Positions 19,442-30,421 of a stretch of DNA of 64,000 bases are shown one piece after another (position 1 is the first letter of the stretch; every line of letters starts with the position of its first letter). Origin of the DNA: an uncultured Thermococci archaeon (GTDB lineage: Archaea > CAYQAE01 > CAYVLA01); NCBI GenBank assembly GCA_964549615.1, contig CAZJVP010000051.1:58740-122739 (forward strand), given 5' to 3'. The notes below the pieces were generated by a model that saw only the letters and a program-made list of their open reading frames with translations, searched no databases and was not told the origin of the DNA. The position numbers and the translations under genes are program-made.

Positions 19442-21724
19442 TCAAGACGATTGTGACCCGTTTGGCTCCCCACCATTCCGCCTCCGGCATATTCTGAGCG
19501 CACAGGATGACAATGGTGGCAATTTATGCTGGAACCGCACAGCCCCACCAAGGTGAGCGGCACATGCAGAAGCAATCTCCTCCTGCGTCAATGCGTCGAT
19601 TAGTGAGAATTGCCCGGCCGCTTTGATCCCGAAATATCCGGGCCACACCTCCACAACGACAGTCGTTGTACGCGTCTCGTTGTTGACCAAGTAGACCATC
19701 AGGTCTCTGCCTTTCCTGAAGCAGGAAATCAGATCGCTTGCATCAGTCGGGATGACCCTCACTGGGCCTTTGGGAAGACTCTCCGCGAACGCCCGCAACA
19801 AGCCTGTAACGGTTGGATGGCTCAGCTTTATCTCCCCTGTTAGCCCGGTTCGGAGGACCAGCCCTTTACCAACTTGATTGATCACTATGGCCCCCGTCTT
19901 GCTCGCCGACCATATTCCCACCACGTCCGCAACCGTCGCCTTGAGGGAGCGGGAAGGTTCAGGCCTAGGATAAAGACCCGGCTTTGGAATGCAGGGCCGC
20001 TCCTGGAATATCTGCAGATCCCCCTCAGCTGGCTCCTGCGTCTCATGACTGCCCACCACCTGCATGTTGAACGGCTTGAGGCTGCTCGCATCTCCGTTCT
20101 CATCCTCCATCATGGAATCTGAACCGCACAGGAGCATCCCGCCATCCCGGATCCAGTCGGTCATGCCCCCTGCGGCACCCTTCCTTATGTTTCTCAGACA
20201 GCTGAAGCCGACGACGGCTCGATACCTGTGGGGGTGTTGGGCCATCAACGGCATAAAGTCGGCATAGGTCGGGTTGGCAGACAGGCCCATCCTGGAGAAG
20301 AACACGTACAGTTCGAAGAGTTCCCTCAGGCTCTCTTCACCACGGATCACGCTCGGATAGTTGTACGGGAGCATGATCTGGCCGTAGACTTCTTTTCCAT
20401 CCTCAGACGCGAGGAAGAGCTGCCTTGCTTCGCGATTGATGCGGGCGGCCGCCTCGATCGCCTCCTCCTCGCTTAACGGCCTCTTCGGGCAAGCATCATC
20501 AGCGATGCCAGGAGGAAACCCCCAACAGACCAGTCCACTGGTTCCCCTCCCTATCGCCACGTAGAACTGTTGGAGGATCTCCTTAGCGGTCGGAGCTCTG
20601 ATCGTGCTCATGTCGTAGCCGCTATAGCTTGAGGAAAGCTGGAACTGGCACATGATGGGCTTGCCCGTGATCAGGGATATGGACCGATAGGTCTCGAAGT
20701 CGAAGGCGTAGCCCCCTATGTTCCATGTGTCGCCCGATTCCATCGGGTAGGGGTCCATGAAGAGTACGTCGCACAGCTCGCTCACCTTCGCCCAGTCGGG
20801 GTACTCGGTCGCCCAGGAGGACCTGGGGTACTTCATGACGACGGACATCAGGGCATCCGGGATGTACTCCCGAATGGTCGATCTCACGACCTCCATCCAG
20901 CCCATGAGGCCCTCGGTGAAGAACTGACTGAGTTCGTGCCAGAGCCGTTCGTTGCTCCGGTCCACGGGCAACGGGACTTCGGAGAAGGATCCATACGCGG
21001 TGTTGTGAGCGGCGTTGAATCGGCGTATGTCCTTGTAGATGCGCGGGAGATAATCGTCACACCATGACCTGCGGCAGGTCTCGCAGTAGCAGAAGCCCCT
21101 GTCAACCGTATCGTTGTGGATCACGAAGATGGGTTGTCCGTCGTCGTCTAGGTAGGCATCTCTTCCCTTTATGCGAAACCTTGCCAGACAATCCTGAAAC
21201 TCGTGACTGCGGGCATATCTATCGAGCAGTTGTTTGAGGCGGCCCCGCGTGTACCACCGGACCTTCTCGCTTCTGAAGCACTCGTGGTAGTAGACCGTGT
21301 AGTGTAGGGTTCCGTCGGATTTCCTTTTCGCTGCATCGAGGTTCTTCCACAGCCATTGGGCGGGCAAGTTGTAACATACGGCCATGACCACCTTCAGCCC
21401 CTTCTCCCTTGCCAGGCCGAGCAGGCCCGCAAACGCTGCTTCGATCTCCTCCTGCAGCCTCGGATCAAAGGATAGCGGTTCCATCGTCTCGGGGGCATGT
21501 TTCGGGTACCAGAGCTGGGCGTGGGTCGTGCCCATAGTCGGATGTCGTGAGATGTCGAAGAGGTAGACCGCATTGAACCCCATCCTCCTTATCTTCTCCA
21601 TGTCCTCCGCGATCTGGGCAGACAACTTGTTCGGCTCAAATCCTCCCGTCATGGCCTGGGGGAGGTACATCACCCCCAGCAGTCTCCTGAAGGAAGAATC
21701 CGGATGCTGCATACGATGAGGCAC
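19442..21724 (-). CDS. Large glycoside-hydrolase-like protein (GH42-like TIM barrel suspected)
   Basis: 760 aa; EDMEKIRRMGFNAVYLFDISRHP near N-terminus; no signal peptide. Confidence 0.4.
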   Translation of the reverse strand: MPHRMQHPDSSFRRLLGVMYLPQAMTGGFEPNKLSAQIAEDMEKIRRMGFNAVYLFDISRHPTMGTTHAQLWYPKHAPETMEPLSFDPRLQEEIEAAFAGLLGLAREKGLKVVMAVCYNLPAQWLWKNLDAAKRKSDGTLHYTVYYHECFRSEKVRWYTRGRLKQLLDRYARSHEFQDCLARFRIKGRDAYLDDDGQPIFVIHNDTVDRGFCYCETCRRSWCDDYLPRIYKDIRRFNAAHNTAYGSFSEVPLPVDRSNERLWHELSQFFTEGLMGWMEVVRSTIREYIPDALMSVVMKYPRSSWATEYPDWAKVSELCDVLFMDPYPMESGDTWNIGGYAFDFETYRSISLITGKPIMCQFQLSSSYSGYDMSTIRAPTAKEILQQFYVAIGRGTSGLVCWGFPPGIADDACPKRPLSEEEAIEAAARINREARQLFLASEDGKEVYGQIMLPYNYPSVIRGEESLRELFELYVFFSRMGLSANPTYADFMPLMAQHPHRYRAVVGFSCLRNIRKGAAGGMTDWIRDGGMLLCGSDSMMEDENGDASSLKPFNMQVVGSHETQEPAEGDLQIFQERPCIPKPGLYPRPEPSRSLKATVADVVGIWSASKTGAIVINQVGKGLVLRTGLTGEIKLSHPTVTGLLRAFAESLPKGPVRVIPTDASDLISCFRKGRDLMVYLVNNETRTTTVVVEVWPGYFGIKAAGQFSLIDALTQEEIASACAAHLGGAVRFQHKLPPLSSCALRICRRRNGGEPNGSQSS

Positions 21725-22077
21725 GGAGACAGCCAGCGTCGCTTTTAAGGTTTAGGGTCCGCGGGCGGTCTCGACTGGGAGGCGCAAGCTGAGGTGACTA
21801 CTGTGGAGAGAGCATTTTCCCGTACCGAGGTCGGCCTTCCGGGGGCACTCCAAAGAGAAGGCTGCCCGGTAGCGTTCGCGAAGCACTCGGTAGCGTCAGC
21901 TGCTCTCCATGTCCTAGGCACCCCCGCACAGGCTTCGGTGCATGGTTCCTCATGGTCAGACCGGCCGTGAGATCGGCGCAACCCAGCTTGGGCAATGCGA
22001 TCCGGGGACGATACGTTTATGGGCGACACCTCCGCGAACATCACGGTCACAAAGCCAGCTCACAGGGGCCACCTCTC

Positions 22078-24345
22078 ATGCCGAAGATCGATCTAACGGA
22101 GGCCACGATCGTCGTTGGTGAAAGGGCCGGGCCTGAATCCCCAGCTGCTCAGGTTCTGAGGGAGGAAGTCCAGAAGCGGACGGGCATCCTTTGGGAGGTC
22201 AGCTGCGATTGGCCCAGCAAAGGGAACGTGATCGCCTTGGTAACCGGGGGATTGGACGACCTCGCCGGTCGCTTGATACCCCGTCGACAGGGAAAGGATC
22301 TTCCCGAGCGGCGGCCGGAGGGCTACAGGCTGTGTGTACAACGGCTGTCCCCCCGACGCGACGTCGTCTGGATCGCTGGGGCTGACGGGAGGGGGGTTCT
22401 CTTCGGCGTCGGTCACCTACTGAGGCTCCTCATGCTTTCCAGAGGATCGGCCGAACTCGGGGAGCGGGTGGACCTTTCAACGGCCCCGGCCTATCCCATC
22501 CGAGGGCATCAGCTCGGGTACCGCGACACTGCGAACTCCTACGACGCTTGGACGGTGGAACAGTACGAGCAGTACATCAGGGAGCTGATCATCTTCGGGG
22601 CGAACTGCATCGAGAACATACCGTTTCAGGGCAAAACCAGCGTGCTCATGAAGCTGCCCCGCCGTGAGATGAACAGGAGGCTGAGCGAGCTGTGTGCCAA
22701 GTACGACATCGACTACTGGGTCTGGACCCCGGCCGAGTTCGACCTTTCAAACGAGGCCCTGCGGCAGCAAGCAATCGAGCAACACGAACAGCTCTATCGG
22801 GACTGTCCGCGTCTGGACGCGATCTTCTTTCCGGGAGGGGATCCAGGCGGAAACCACCCGAGGCTGGTCATGCCGTTCTTGGAGGAGCTCTCCAAGCGCC
22901 TTAAGGTCCACCACCCGAAGGCGGGGATCTGGATCTCGCTGCAGGGATTCAGCCGGGAATGGGTCGAGTACTTTTTTGGGTACGTGGAAGAGCGTAAGCC
23001 GGATTGGCTGGCCGGCGTCGTGGCGGGCCCGAGCAGCCCTCCCATCGATATGACCAGGGCGCGTCTACCAAGGAGGTACAGGCTTCGCAACTACCCGGAC
23101 ATCACCCACACCGTACGGTGCCAGTTCCCGGTTCAGGGCTACGACCAGGCCTTTGCCCTCACCTTGGGACGGGAGCCCTGCAACCCGAGGCCTACCTTCT
23201 ATGCCCGGATCCACAACTTCTACGCGCCCTACACGGACGGTTTCCTATCCTACTCAGATGGCGCGCACGACGATCTGAACAAGGTCGTCTGGACAAGGAA
23301 GGCCTGGGACCCGGAAGAGGATGTCGGGAAGATCGTCCTTGGATACTGCCGTTTCTTCTTCGGGGCGGACGTCGCGGATGACGCCGCGGCGGGCATCTTT
23401 GCCCTAGAGAAGAATTGGGAGGGTCCGCTTGCCGCGAACATGACTGTCGAGAAGACCCTTGATCACTGGAAGGATCTGGAGAGGAGGGCTCCGCATCTGG
23501 CCGGGAACTGGCGATGGCAGCTGTTCTTGCTCCGGGCCTACTACGATGCCTATACGCGCAGAAGGCTGATCTACGAAAAGGGCCTGGAGAGGCAGGCGAT
23601 GGCGATCCTCGTGGATATGGACAAGATCGGGATTGACGTTGCCATGGAAAGGGCCCTGGAGACCGTCAAGCGAGCCGATACGGAGCCCATCTGCGAAGAT
23701 CTCAGACAGCGCATCGAGGATCTGTGCGAATCCCTCTTTCAGTCCATAGGACTCCAGACCAGCGTCGCTCGATATCACGCAAGCGGCTCCGAGAGGGGAT
23801 GCGTCCTTGACTTCCTCCGCTATCCCCTCAACAACCGTTGGTGGCTGGAGGATGAGTTCGCAAAGATCCGGCAGATGACAAGCGAGGAGGAGAAGCGTTC
23901 GCGGCTGGAGGTGATCAGGACCTGGGAGAACCCTGGGCCGGGCAGCTTCTACGACGACGTCGGCAACGTAGCCAACTCGCCCCACGTGGATCCGCTGTAC
24001 AACCTCGGGATCGGGTTTGCATGGTGGGATCGCGGCTACAGCAGGACGAGGCTTTCATCCCAGACCTACATCAACCGGCCCAAGCTTCGGTACGAAAACC
24101 TGGATCCGAACGGCAACTACCTGATCCGCGTCGCCGGTTTCGGCGAGGCGCTCCTTGAGGTCAACGGCGAAAGGATCCAGCCCACCCTGTACAACAAGGG
24201 GGAGGGCCAGTTCAAGGAGTTCCCCGTCCCGAAGCGGCTCCTGAAGGATGGGGTGATCGAGGTCACGTTTGCCAAGCCGGACGAGGACCACTTGAACTGG
24301 CGGCACCGGTCACGCGTCTCGGATGTCTGGCTGCTCAGGACCTGA
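22078..24345 (+). CDS. Large glycoside hydrolase with GH67/GH89/GH115-like N-terminal domain
   Basis: ORF opens 21952, probable start MPKIDLTEAT at 22078; EGYRLCVQRLSP...GADGRGVLFGVGHLLRLL resembles the N-terminal domain of alpha-glucuronidase/alpha-N-acetylglucosaminidase-type GHs. Confidence 0.4.
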   Translation: MPKIDLTEATIVVGERAGPESPAAQVLREEVQKRTGILWEVSCDWPSKGNVIALVTGGLDDLAGRLIPRRQGKDLPERRPEGYRLCVQRLSPRRDVVWIAGADGRGVLFGVGHLLRLLMLSRGSAELGERVDLSTAPAYPIRGHQLGYRDTANSYDAWTVEQYEQYIRELIIFGANCIENIPFQGKTSVLMKLPRREMNRRLSELCAKYDIDYWVWTPAEFDLSNEALRQQAIEQHEQLYRDCPRLDAIFFPGGDPGGNHPRLVMPFLEELSKRLKVHHPKAGIWISLQGFSREWVEYFFGYVEERKPDWLAGVVAGPSSPPIDMTRARLPRRYRLRNYPDITHTVRCQFPVQGYDQAFALTLGREPCNPRPTFYARIHNFYAPYTDGFLSYSDGAHDDLNKVVWTRKAWDPEEDVGKIVLGYCRFFFGADVADDAAAGIFALEKNWEGPLAANMTVEKTLDHWKDLERRAPHLAGNWRWQLFLLRAYYDAYTRRRLIYEKGLERQAMAILVDMDKIGIDVAMERALETVKRADTEPICEDLRQRIEDLCESLFQSIGLQTSVARYHASGSERGCVLDFLRYPLNNRWWLEDEFAKIRQMTSEEEKRSRLEVIRTWENPGPGSFYDDVGNVANSPHVDPLYNLGIGFAWWDRGYSRTRLSSQTYINRPKLRYENLDPNGNYLIRVAGFGEALLEVNGERIQPTLYNKGEGQFKEFPVPKRLLKDGVIEVTFAKPDEDHLNWRHRSRVSDVWLLRT

Positions 24346-25133
24346 CGCTCGGGACGCACTCCGCATAGCCGCACGGGTGGACAGCCTCTTTCTGGCCCGC
24401 AATAAGGATCTTCTTGATGATCTCGCTCTGGCCTAAACGGGCTGGGACCCCCTGGTGAGGCCTACCTGATGGTCCATCGTCGCGATCCTCCCGTAGCTGC
24501 CGCTGACGTGGACCGGATGCGGCTAGAGCTTGATCGGCTCCTCGTCTAACTTCGTGATGTTCGTGATCTTGCCTCCATCAATTCGTCTATCCTGTCCTTC
24601 ATCTCGGCCAACGGACGAGCTGGCCCCCGTAGCGTGACTGCAGAACCTCAAGGCCGAACGGCCTCCTCTCCTCAAGCCAGAGGGCCGTGTGAGCCTTGAG
24701 CCACCTGTCATGCGCTGGATGACCCTCGGGATCTCCTCGAAGTCCTGCGGAGCCCCTTCACGTCCTTCTTCACGTACGCCTCCCGTGCTGTGCTGGGGGA
24801 GATCGACCTTCGCCTCAAGGACCTCCGCCAATCACTTGGCATGGGCGAACGACACCCTATCTGAGGGCGAGGCTCCCTTCGCGGCCTGGGCCATGAGATC
24901 CGATAGGGCCTTGATGCGAGGTCCAAGATGGGTCCCGGCGTAGTGCTCGGCGAAGATGCCCAGGAGGCAATCATCCCAAGGCATGGTCTTGCTGATGCTG
25001 GCCTTGGCTTGGATGCTTTCCTTGTCCCGACCCCGATAGTGATCCGGCCGCCCGGGCAGGCGCTCGCCTCAGACTGCCAACCTGTTCATCCGATATCACA
25101 GGGCCCCTGCGAAACGGTAAAGAGGCCCTGCTC

Positions 25134-25979
25134 TTGAGAGGCCTACTTGGTGGTCTTCTGAGGCTCAGCAATCCTGGTGGCCTCAACCAACAGTGGAAGC
25201 ATCCCGAAGAGTTGAGGGCCCCGGCCTTCCGGATGATCGGGAACGTCTACTACGTCGGCAACCTCAACGTGAGCAGCCATGTCATCGTGGGCCAGGCCGG
25301 CCATGTGCTCATCGACACGGGTTTTTCGACTACCGTTCCGCTCCTGGTGCAAAGCATCAGGCACCTCGGTTTCAAAGAGCGGGATGTGAGGATGATCCTC
25401 ATCACCCACGGCCACGTCGACCACGCCGGCGGGGCAAGGAGGATGGCCAGGATCACAGGAGCCCCCGTGGCGGTGCACAGGCGGGATGTCCGGACCGTCG
25501 AAACCGGGAGCGAGCTGACCTGCGCCCACTACATCTACGGCATCGAGGATTTCGAGACCTTCAAGGTTGACAGGGTTCTCGAGGGTGGGGAGACGCTGCA
25601 TGTCGGGGACATCGTAATCAAGGTTCACCACACCCCTGGCCACACGCCCGGCGTCTGCAGCTACGAGATCCCCCTGCATCATGAGGGCAGGAAACTCACG
25701 GCCTTCATCTTCGGGGGCCCGGGCCAGTGGACCTTCAAGCAGGAGAACAGGAGCCAGGGCTACGAGGGTGATGTTGAGGAATACTCAAGGTCCCTGGACC
25801 ACTTGGAGCGGATCAAGGTCGACATACCCTTGGGGGCCCACCCCAACCAGACCCGTACCTTCCAGAAGTACGAGATCCTCAAGTCCAACCCCGCCGGACC
25901 GAACCCGTTCGTCGACCCTGACCACTGGCCTGCCTTCATAGGCAAGCTGCGGGCCAGCCTGGCTTCCTTGAGGGGCTAG
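25134..25979 (+). CDS. Metallo-beta-lactamase-fold hydrolase
   Basis: VLIDTGF...ILITHGHVDHAGG...HTPGHTPG motifs. Confidence 0.6.
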   Translation: MRGLLGGLLRLSNPGGLNQQWKHPEELRAPAFRMIGNVYYVGNLNVSSHVIVGQAGHVLIDTGFSTTVPLLVQSIRHLGFKERDVRMILITHGHVDHAGGARRMARITGAPVAVHRRDVRTVETGSELTCAHYIYGIEDFETFKVDRVLEGGETLHVGDIVIKVHHTPGHTPGVCSYEIPLHHEGRKLTAFIFGGPGQWTFKQENRSQGYEGDVEEYSRSLDHLERIKVDIPLGAHPNQTRTFQKYEILKSNPAGPNPFVDPDHWPAFIGKLRASLASLRG

Positions 25980-26326
25980 CGGCCGATCAGGCTGCAAGTT
26001 AGCGGCCATGTGTGGACGAGGCGAAACCGAGGACTTGCCGACGGTCGACCAACGCCTTGGTAGAGTGTCCTCGTTACCGAGAGACCGGAGCAAGAGCTAG
26101 GTGGATGCTGTTGGGTTGCCCTTGTTGATGGTCAGATACGGAGGCTTTTGATGGCAGTCAGGCATGCGGCCGTGTGTTGGGCGGTTTGTCTGATGGACCC
26201 TCGGCCGCCGGGAAATTGCCGGACGAGGGTTCGGAGACCTCACCTGACGAAATCTCTTTATTGGGCGGGGAAGTCGGGACGCAAACGTTGTAGCGGTCTT
26301 TCACCTGGGAGCTGGCAGGAACTCCA

Positions 26327-29209
26327 ATGCGTCGCGTACTCGAATTCCCCCCGAAGTTTAGAATGTTGCGGCCAAGCGGAACGCTCATAATCACGAGCGA
26401 TGAGGAAATGGAGAAGCTGGAGAAGGATCCCGGGATGAAGGTCCGGGCATTCGACTCCAGTTTCACTGACATCTGCCGCAACCTCCCCGGCAAGGGAGGC
26501 GCCCATGTCGATGTCGCGTACGACTTCTTCTTCGGGGGAAAAGAGCGGAAGTACTTCCCAACCAGCGACCAATGCATCCAAACCTTCCGCGCGCTCCACG
26601 ACATAGCAAAGCAGCACGGCCTGGGCTTCGGCGCCAGCGTAATGTCGCCCTTGGACCTGGGTCCTGCCTATTCGAGCCTTAAGGACCACTGCGGACAGAC
26701 ATGCCAGTTCCGGGAGGGAATGATAGACTCCGAGGGTCGATACGAAGTCAAGCTGCCCATCCAGCGTCGATGGTTCCACAACAAGGGCCCCGTCAACCTG
26801 ACGGTGAACCACGTGGAGGCCTTCGCCTTCAGCGAGACACGGATCCGCGGCACGTCGTGCTGGCACGTGGATCCGGCCGAGATCCTGGACATCTCCTCCA
26901 CCGCTAGGCTTGTGGTGGATGAGTCGACGCGGAAAACCAGCGGCTCGGGCTACAGCTTCGTTCAGGGCTGCATCGTGGGCAAGGCTGACGGATTGGGCAA
27001 ACGAGACAGGGTCCTGGCTGTCATCGTCTACGATGTCGAAGAGATGGATTACTTCCACGCGGATGCATTGCCGTTCCTCAAGCAGGTGATTGAGGATCAC
27101 GCCCGGGCAGGCATAAGCTACTCCAGCTTCTACTCTGACGAGATGCACATACAGTTCGACTGGGACCTCGGCGCCCACTTCGGCCCGACCGAGATCACCA
27201 CGAGGTATCTAACCCCGGGGCTTGTCCGGGCCTACTGCAAGCGATATGGATCGGGGTACCGGGACTTCCACAAGTACTTGGTCTACTTCGCCTATGCGCA
27301 GCATTCCTGGGACGGCCCGGACTACTGGAGGCGGGGCGACCAGCACGTCCTGGGCCCGAGCCCCAATGGGATCTACCAGACCTGGAAGATGCGAAGGGAC
27401 TACTTCCGTCTGCTGCAGGACCATGTCGTGGAGCTCTTTGTCCAGGCCAAGAGGTATGCCGAGAAGCTCTTCGGACATCGGATACTCACCCGGGCCCACG
27501 CGACCTGGCAGGAATCTCCCACCTGTGACCAGTTCGACCTTGGCGTCGGCTTCGGGGGCAAGTGTGGCACCGAGAAGATGGAGGTTCCCGTCTCGCGGTA
27601 CGACTACACCCCTCGTTACGTCTGGTCCTCAAGCATCAGGGAGAGCCAGAGCGCCTGCTATGACTACTTCCGCTGGGGAGACTACCTGACCGGCATGGGC
27701 ACCGACCATCCGGAGGGCGGCTACATCGACCGCAACTACCACGGTGCGGCCCTGGCATGCTCTTTCGGGCACTACAACGAGCTTGACTACGGGTATTACG
27801 GCCACTGGGGCGCGCCCCGGGCGGTCTCCGATCGCGTGCACGACCTTGCCGCCGCGATGGGGCTCGGAGGAGGGGCAATGGCCCACGTCCAGGGCTGGCG
27901 ACATCGCAGGTCGCCAGTCCTGTGTCTTTACCCCCTCGACCTCAACTACGTCGAGGAGCGGTTCGGCAGTTGGACGATACAGTACGGGTACGCGGACTAC
28001 CTCACCGAGGAGAAGTTCGTCGAGCTTGTGCATGTCCTGCCCAACGGGCGCTTCCGCCTCAAGGACCTCACCTACGAGGCACTTGTCGTGCTCTTCGAGC
28101 CCCTGGTCCTTCGCAGGACCCTCGACGTCATCGAGAAGATCGTCAGGCAGGGAGGTACCGTTGTCTGGTGTAGCGTCCCCCCAGCCGTCTGCCTGGACGC
28201 CAGAGGCGATGTCAGGGCCCGGTTCCTCCGCATCTTTGGTCTGAGATCGGCCCGCAGGCCCCATCTGGGCATGAAGGCGAAGGACGCCATCGTGAGGTTC
28301 GAAGGTGCGCTCGGGGAGGTCCCAAGCCTCCGGATCCCGACCGACCTTCTTCCGGACCTCGTGTTTCCCGTGATTCCCCGCGGGTCGCAGCCCGTTGCCC
28401 GGGTGATGCTCGAAGGGAGGCGGAGGGTCGTCGGCGCGCTGCGCGTAACGCGGTCCGGGGGGAGAGCGCTCTACCTAGGCTTTCGCCCCAGGGACGACCA
28501 GTCTCGATCAACGCCAGACGCCCCAAGGACGCTTTTCCATATCCTTTCCAGTCTGGGGATCTACTCCGCCTGCGGCCCCGGAGCCGCGGAGTACGCCTCA
28601 AACACGAGCGACTACCTCGTCGCCGAGTCCCCAAACGGGGCGCTGTCCTTCGCCCGGCACTACTGGAGCGTGGCCGAGAACTGGGCCGGCGGCTTCTTCA
28701 GGCCCAAGGATGAGTCATGCGATGAGTCTGCCCTGCCGCCGAGGCGGCTGGAACTAAGGGACTTCAGGGTCGGGAAACGGGTCATAAACTACGCGGGCCT
28801 GTACAGGATGTCGTTCCTCGAGAAGGAGGGGAATCTGGAGGCCTTCTGCGGATTCGGCACCAAGGGCATCTCCATCGACGGTCCATCGGGTAGATCCTGG
28901 TTCGCATTCGCGGACGAACCGGTAGACCTTGCCTTCGCCCCCGTTCCCCGTGAGCGGCTGGCCAACGGCATCGAGAAGGCTTACTTCCTCCAGGCCAGGT
29001 CAGGGCAGCAAGCCGTCCGCCTGCCCATCCCTTTCGACCCTCGTCTTAGGCTATTGGTGGACGAGAGGGAAGACGGATGCGGGTCCGAGGCCAGATCAAA
29101 GATAGCCCCTGCCGAGCAGGGGATGCTGGTAACGATCGTTCCTGAGGAGCAGGGGCGAAGCCTTTACCTCATCGTCGAGCATGCCGAGACGGAACCCTCG
29201 AGCCTCTGA
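26327..29209 (+). CDS. Very large hypothetical protein (960 aa), cytoplasmic by sequence, Trp/Tyr-rich
   Basis: Single long ORF with coding-like composition; the antisense 306-aa ORF rejected; no family recognised. Confidence 0.4.
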   Translation: MRRVLEFPPKFRMLRPSGTLIITSDEEMEKLEKDPGMKVRAFDSSFTDICRNLPGKGGAHVDVAYDFFFGGKERKYFPTSDQCIQTFRALHDIAKQHGLGFGASVMSPLDLGPAYSSLKDHCGQTCQFREGMIDSEGRYEVKLPIQRRWFHNKGPVNLTVNHVEAFAFSETRIRGTSCWHVDPAEILDISSTARLVVDESTRKTSGSGYSFVQGCIVGKADGLGKRDRVLAVIVYDVEEMDYFHADALPFLKQVIEDHARAGISYSSFYSDEMHIQFDWDLGAHFGPTEITTRYLTPGLVRAYCKRYGSGYRDFHKYLVYFAYAQHSWDGPDYWRRGDQHVLGPSPNGIYQTWKMRRDYFRLLQDHVVELFVQAKRYAEKLFGHRILTRAHATWQESPTCDQFDLGVGFGGKCGTEKMEVPVSRYDYTPRYVWSSSIRESQSACYDYFRWGDYLTGMGTDHPEGGYIDRNYHGAALACSFGHYNELDYGYYGHWGAPRAVSDRVHDLAAAMGLGGGAMAHVQGWRHRRSPVLCLYPLDLNYVEERFGSWTIQYGYADYLTEEKFVELVHVLPNGRFRLKDLTYEALVVLFEPLVLRRTLDVIEKIVRQGGTVVWCSVPPAVCLDARGDVRARFLRIFGLRSARRPHLGMKAKDAIVRFEGALGEVPSLRIPTDLLPDLVFPVIPRGSQPVARVMLEGRRRVVGALRVTRSGGRALYLGFRPRDDQSRSTPDAPRTLFHILSSLGIYSACGPGAAEYASNTSDYLVAESPNGALSFARHYWSVAENWAGGFFRPKDESCDESALPPRRLELRDFRVGKRVINYAGLYRMSFLEKEGNLEAFCGFGTKGISIDGPSGRSWFAFADEPVDLAFAPVPRERLANGIEKAYFLQARSGQQAVRLPIPFDPRLRLLVDEREDGCGSEARSKIAPAEQGMLVTIVPEEQGRSLYLIVEHAETEPSSL

Positions 29210-29367
29210 CGGTAGGCCGCGTCGCTTAAGCCCGGTCGCGGGTGCCGCCCTTTCAAAGCATCGGAAAGGCTAGGCGGGCCCGGGACGCCGGAAAGCGCCT
29301 CCCTAGTCGTTGAGGTTCGATCCCGGTCCCTCCCTGCATCACGTCGGTCCATGGCTGCACTCTCTGT

Positions 29368-30369
29368 GTGAAGGCGCGCGCCATCCCTGCTTTGCGTACG
29401 AAACATCTATCACTGTCTGGCGGCAGGCCCGACGGGGGCAAACGAGTGGGCACCGAGGAAGGCGCGGTGGCTGCCCAAAGGGAGGAGATAGTCAGCCTTC
29501 TGAAGCGCTTCCAGAGGACCCCTCCTGGAAGCGAGGACCATATCGTTCTACACGAGGAAATCCTGGAGAAGGCCAAGCGCCTAGGTAGAGAGGAGAAAAA
29601 GCAGCTCCAGTCGGAGCTCGAGAGAGTCCGGACCCAGATGGTCGTATCGCGTCCCACCTACCTCCGCCCGGACTACTACAGACTGGTCACGATACTGCTC
29701 CACCGCCTGAGGCGACGGAGCTACGCCGACATAGAGCGGGAGATCGAGGACACACTGTCCGAGGTGGAGAAGGGCATCCGGGCCAACCACTTTCCCAGGT
29801 ACCCGTCCTCCTATGTTAGGAGCATCAGGACGCTGCTCGTGGAGGCTGCGCGCTCCGAGGAGGCAGATCGCGCTCGCCTTTCCCGACTGGCGCGGAGATG
29901 CCATGAGGTGACGGAGGCGGTGTACTCCTACGAGTACGACAACGTCGAGGTGGAAGTCACCTCGACGAGGATCAAGGTATCGAGCCTGTTCACCCTTGGG
30001 GAGAGCCAGCGGAGCTACGTCCTGGAGTTCATATCGCCCGAGCTGGAGTACGGAGGAAGGACATTTCTGAAACGGGAGGTCCTGGCCTATATGGCGAGGG
30101 TCGGCAGGCCTCTGTCCAGGGGCGAAATCGAGCGAGGAATAGACAGGAAGATCCCCTACTTCGGCCACATCATAGAGAGCCTGCTCAAGAAGTACATGGT
30201 GGTCCCCGTCCCGGGAGAGAACAGATATGAGCTGACCGGCACGGGGAGGAAGGTGGGTGAGGTCTACATCCACCTCCTTGAGCGGATGAGTGCCCGGCTC
30301 AAGCGCCCCGGCTCGGCCAAGCGCTTGGCCCGCGGCAGTTCCACGTCCATCCCACAGATCGCAGAGTGA
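29368..30369 (+). CDS. Hypothetical protein with C-terminal winged-helix-like segment
   Basis: 333 aa; C-terminal RPLSRGEIERGIDRKIPYFGHIIESLLKKYMVVP...RYELTG. Confidence 0.35.
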   Translation: MKARAIPALRTKHLSLSGGRPDGGKRVGTEEGAVAAQREEIVSLLKRFQRTPPGSEDHIVLHEEILEKAKRLGREEKKQLQSELERVRTQMVVSRPTYLRPDYYRLVTILLHRLRRRSYADIEREIEDTLSEVEKGIRANHFPRYPSSYVRSIRTLLVEAARSEEADRARLSRLARRCHEVTEAVYSYEYDNVEVEVTSTRIKVSSLFTLGESQRSYVLEFISPELEYGGRTFLKREVLAYMARVGRPLSRGEIERGIDRKIPYFGHIIESLLKKYMVVPVPGENRYELTGTGRKVGEVYIHLLERMSARLKRPGSAKRLARGSSTSIPQIAE

Positions 30370-30421
30370 ATCCTGTCTAGACGCTTCCACGAGCCGACCA
30401 GACGACCTCGGCGGCGCCGGT

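Noticed and set aside
26258-27178. 306-aa ORF antisense to the 960-aa gene
   Set aside because: Fully embedded antisense to the longer ORF; no recognisable domain.
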